DNA of 48,733 nucleotides from Neoechinorhynchus agilis (lineage: Eukaryota; Animalia; Acanthocephala). Every line of letters begins with the position of its first letter. Position 1 is the first letter of the stretch. The stretch is from contig JBMGUZ010000016.1 in the NCBI GenBank assembly GCA_051530055.1, positions 1 to 48,733 on the forward strand, given 5' to 3'. Below, in pieces: positions 47,041 to 48,733 of the stretch. The notes under the pieces are model-generated. The model was not told the DNA's origin, did no database searches, and saw only the letters and a program-made list of their open reading frames with translations. Made by a program: the position numbers and the translations under genes.

Positions 47041-47590
47041 AATATCCCGTTTTATTAATCGCGATATTACATAGTTCATTTTTAGCTGCCCCTTTTAAAT
47101 TTTTCGTTAAGCAATAGAATTGTAGAAAGAATCATGAAGCCTATAGAATAGTGATTTTTGACCTTAGAGTCGTTTATCTTTTCCTTTGGGATCGCCCGTA
47201 GTACAAATTTCATCATTAAAGATGGTGCATAGCAGCTTTTGACGGCATTTTCTTGTACTCCGCAAATCTCTCTTCACTATAACAAGCTTTATAAAACATC
47301 ACAATATTACGTTCATTGAGTGATAATTGCGGTGATTTGATTTCGATTGACAAAGGTGGATAAGAGATCAAAATGCAGAAAATACTGCGAGATCCGCTTA
47401 TATATATGATGGAATCGAAGGATGATTGAGAATTGAAGCGCAAAAAGTTGAAAAGCATCTTTCGTAAAGTTACAGCCGCAAGATATTTGAAAAGAAGGAA
47501 CCGTTGCGAGTGTTCGGAATGTACCCAACGGTCAAAATGAATACAAGATGCCGGTTAGTCCGGTAACATTGACAACAGCGTTTTTCTTAA

Positions 47591-48094
47591 ATGCAGACCC
47601 CTTCTTGGCGACGAAAATTTGCCCATTGCTTCACAGGACAGGTTCATTTTTTGCAGAATGTTGAGGGTTTACTTAATTCTCTGAATGCGCGATGCAATGA
47701 CTTAAATGGTAGCCAGGTAATGCCTTTTGATTTTGTTTCGCTCTCTACAAACGTCGAAAATGAGAGAACGATAAGTGCACTCGAGAAACGGTTGAATGGA
47801 TCGGGAATGGATATTCGGATTGTCCATAGAACGGCAACTACACTTGGGCGAATCCTGACGCGACCTGGACATCATGAAACACCGGAAACATATCCAGCAT
47901 CGTCGTTGATGTGTACGCACAATGGAAGTCCGGGGACGCAAATAGCCGACAAGATTTGATTTGCACTCGAAGCAACGTGGTCTACAAAATGACATGCGAA
48001 TGATATTTGGCCGATGACAATCGCTAGTCCATTTACATAGGCAAAACTGAACGGCCTTTGCGTCAATCTGTGGCGGAACACTTGGTAGAAAACT
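47591..48094 (+). mobile_element. Penelope-like element remnant (mirror copy)
   Basis: Mirror of 640-1143; GIY-YIG VVYKMTC at about 47977 and YIGKTER at about 48034. Confidence 0.8.
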
Positions 48095-48733
48095 TACTAG
48101 CAAAACAAGTGGAAGACGGCGTGACGCTAGAATTTCACTTAAATCTCATCACGCCAAAGACTTCATCGATCCTATTCCACCGTCTTCTTTTACTTCACTT
48201 CATTTCTTCAGTCTGGTGGAGATAAGAGAATGATAACGAAGGCTCGAGATGCCAAATCCCTGGAAGCCTTTAGTCCGGACCTTGACATCAGCGGTATACA
48301 CAAGATGATCGCTGTTTTGATGACTTGGCGCCAAAACTTCGGTGGTTACGGATATGTGGAGCAGAGTTTTTCAAGCCGTCGCAGTGCTCTCGGCAAGTTG
48401 GAGAAGGCCCTAGAAAATGTGGGCTAAAAAAGCTTGGTGATATCCCTCTACGGCCGTAAAAGAAAAGAACAAGTTTTTCTCAAAGTTTATGGACTCTTGT
48501 TTGAAACATCAGAACATGAATCGACAGAGACAAATGTGATCGATCTGAACGGCACACGGCATTGATTCCAAAGGAGCTCCGAAGGAATGGTATTGATGTG
48601 GTGGCTGTCGGCGGCCAATGAAGGACAACTTTCGGAATAGGAAAAAGGTTGCAACGGAGCCAAAACTTCATGGTGTGGGATTAGCTATCAAGATCTCACT
48701 AGTCTCGAAGTACAATCCACAACCAATCCACGT

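Larger units (their letters stand above)
32285..48733 (-). repeat. Right arm of giant inverted repeat (16,449 bp)
   Basis: Reverse complement of 1-16449. No indel offset is seen anywhere; for example the A9 run near 14744 equals the T9 run near 33982. Confidence 0.97.

Overview
This looks like eukaryotic (probably invertebrate animal) DNA, AT-rich and full of retroelement debris, not a prokaryotic locus. The window is one giant inverted repeat. Positions 1-16449 and 32285-48733 are reverse complements (i pairs with 48734-i), with no difference found in the mirrored ORF track or in spot checks. They enclose a unique 15.8-kb spacer. Each arm carries one apparently intact spliced host gene (RING/B-box/coiled-coil, TRIM-like, 249 aa, 55-nt GT-AG intron), a dead RLE-type (CRE-like) non-LTR element, a decayed APE-type LINE, a Penelope-like remnant, a 104-bp foldback hairpin and short dispersed repeats. 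The spacer holds Penelope-like fragments (one with a minimal hammerhead ribozyme), a second CRE-like element flanked by 148-bp direct repeats, a Ty3/gypsy RNase H fragment and a MITE-like foldback. Near the centre sit two related, highly divergent APE-RT retroelement units head-to-head about 200 bp apart. Perfect arm identity stops abruptly inside a diverged inverted repeat. That fits a template-switch or gene-conversion origin, but equally an assembly or amplification artefact, and the sequence alone cannot separate these. Most short ORFs in the supplied track are antisense shadows or fragments of decayed elements.
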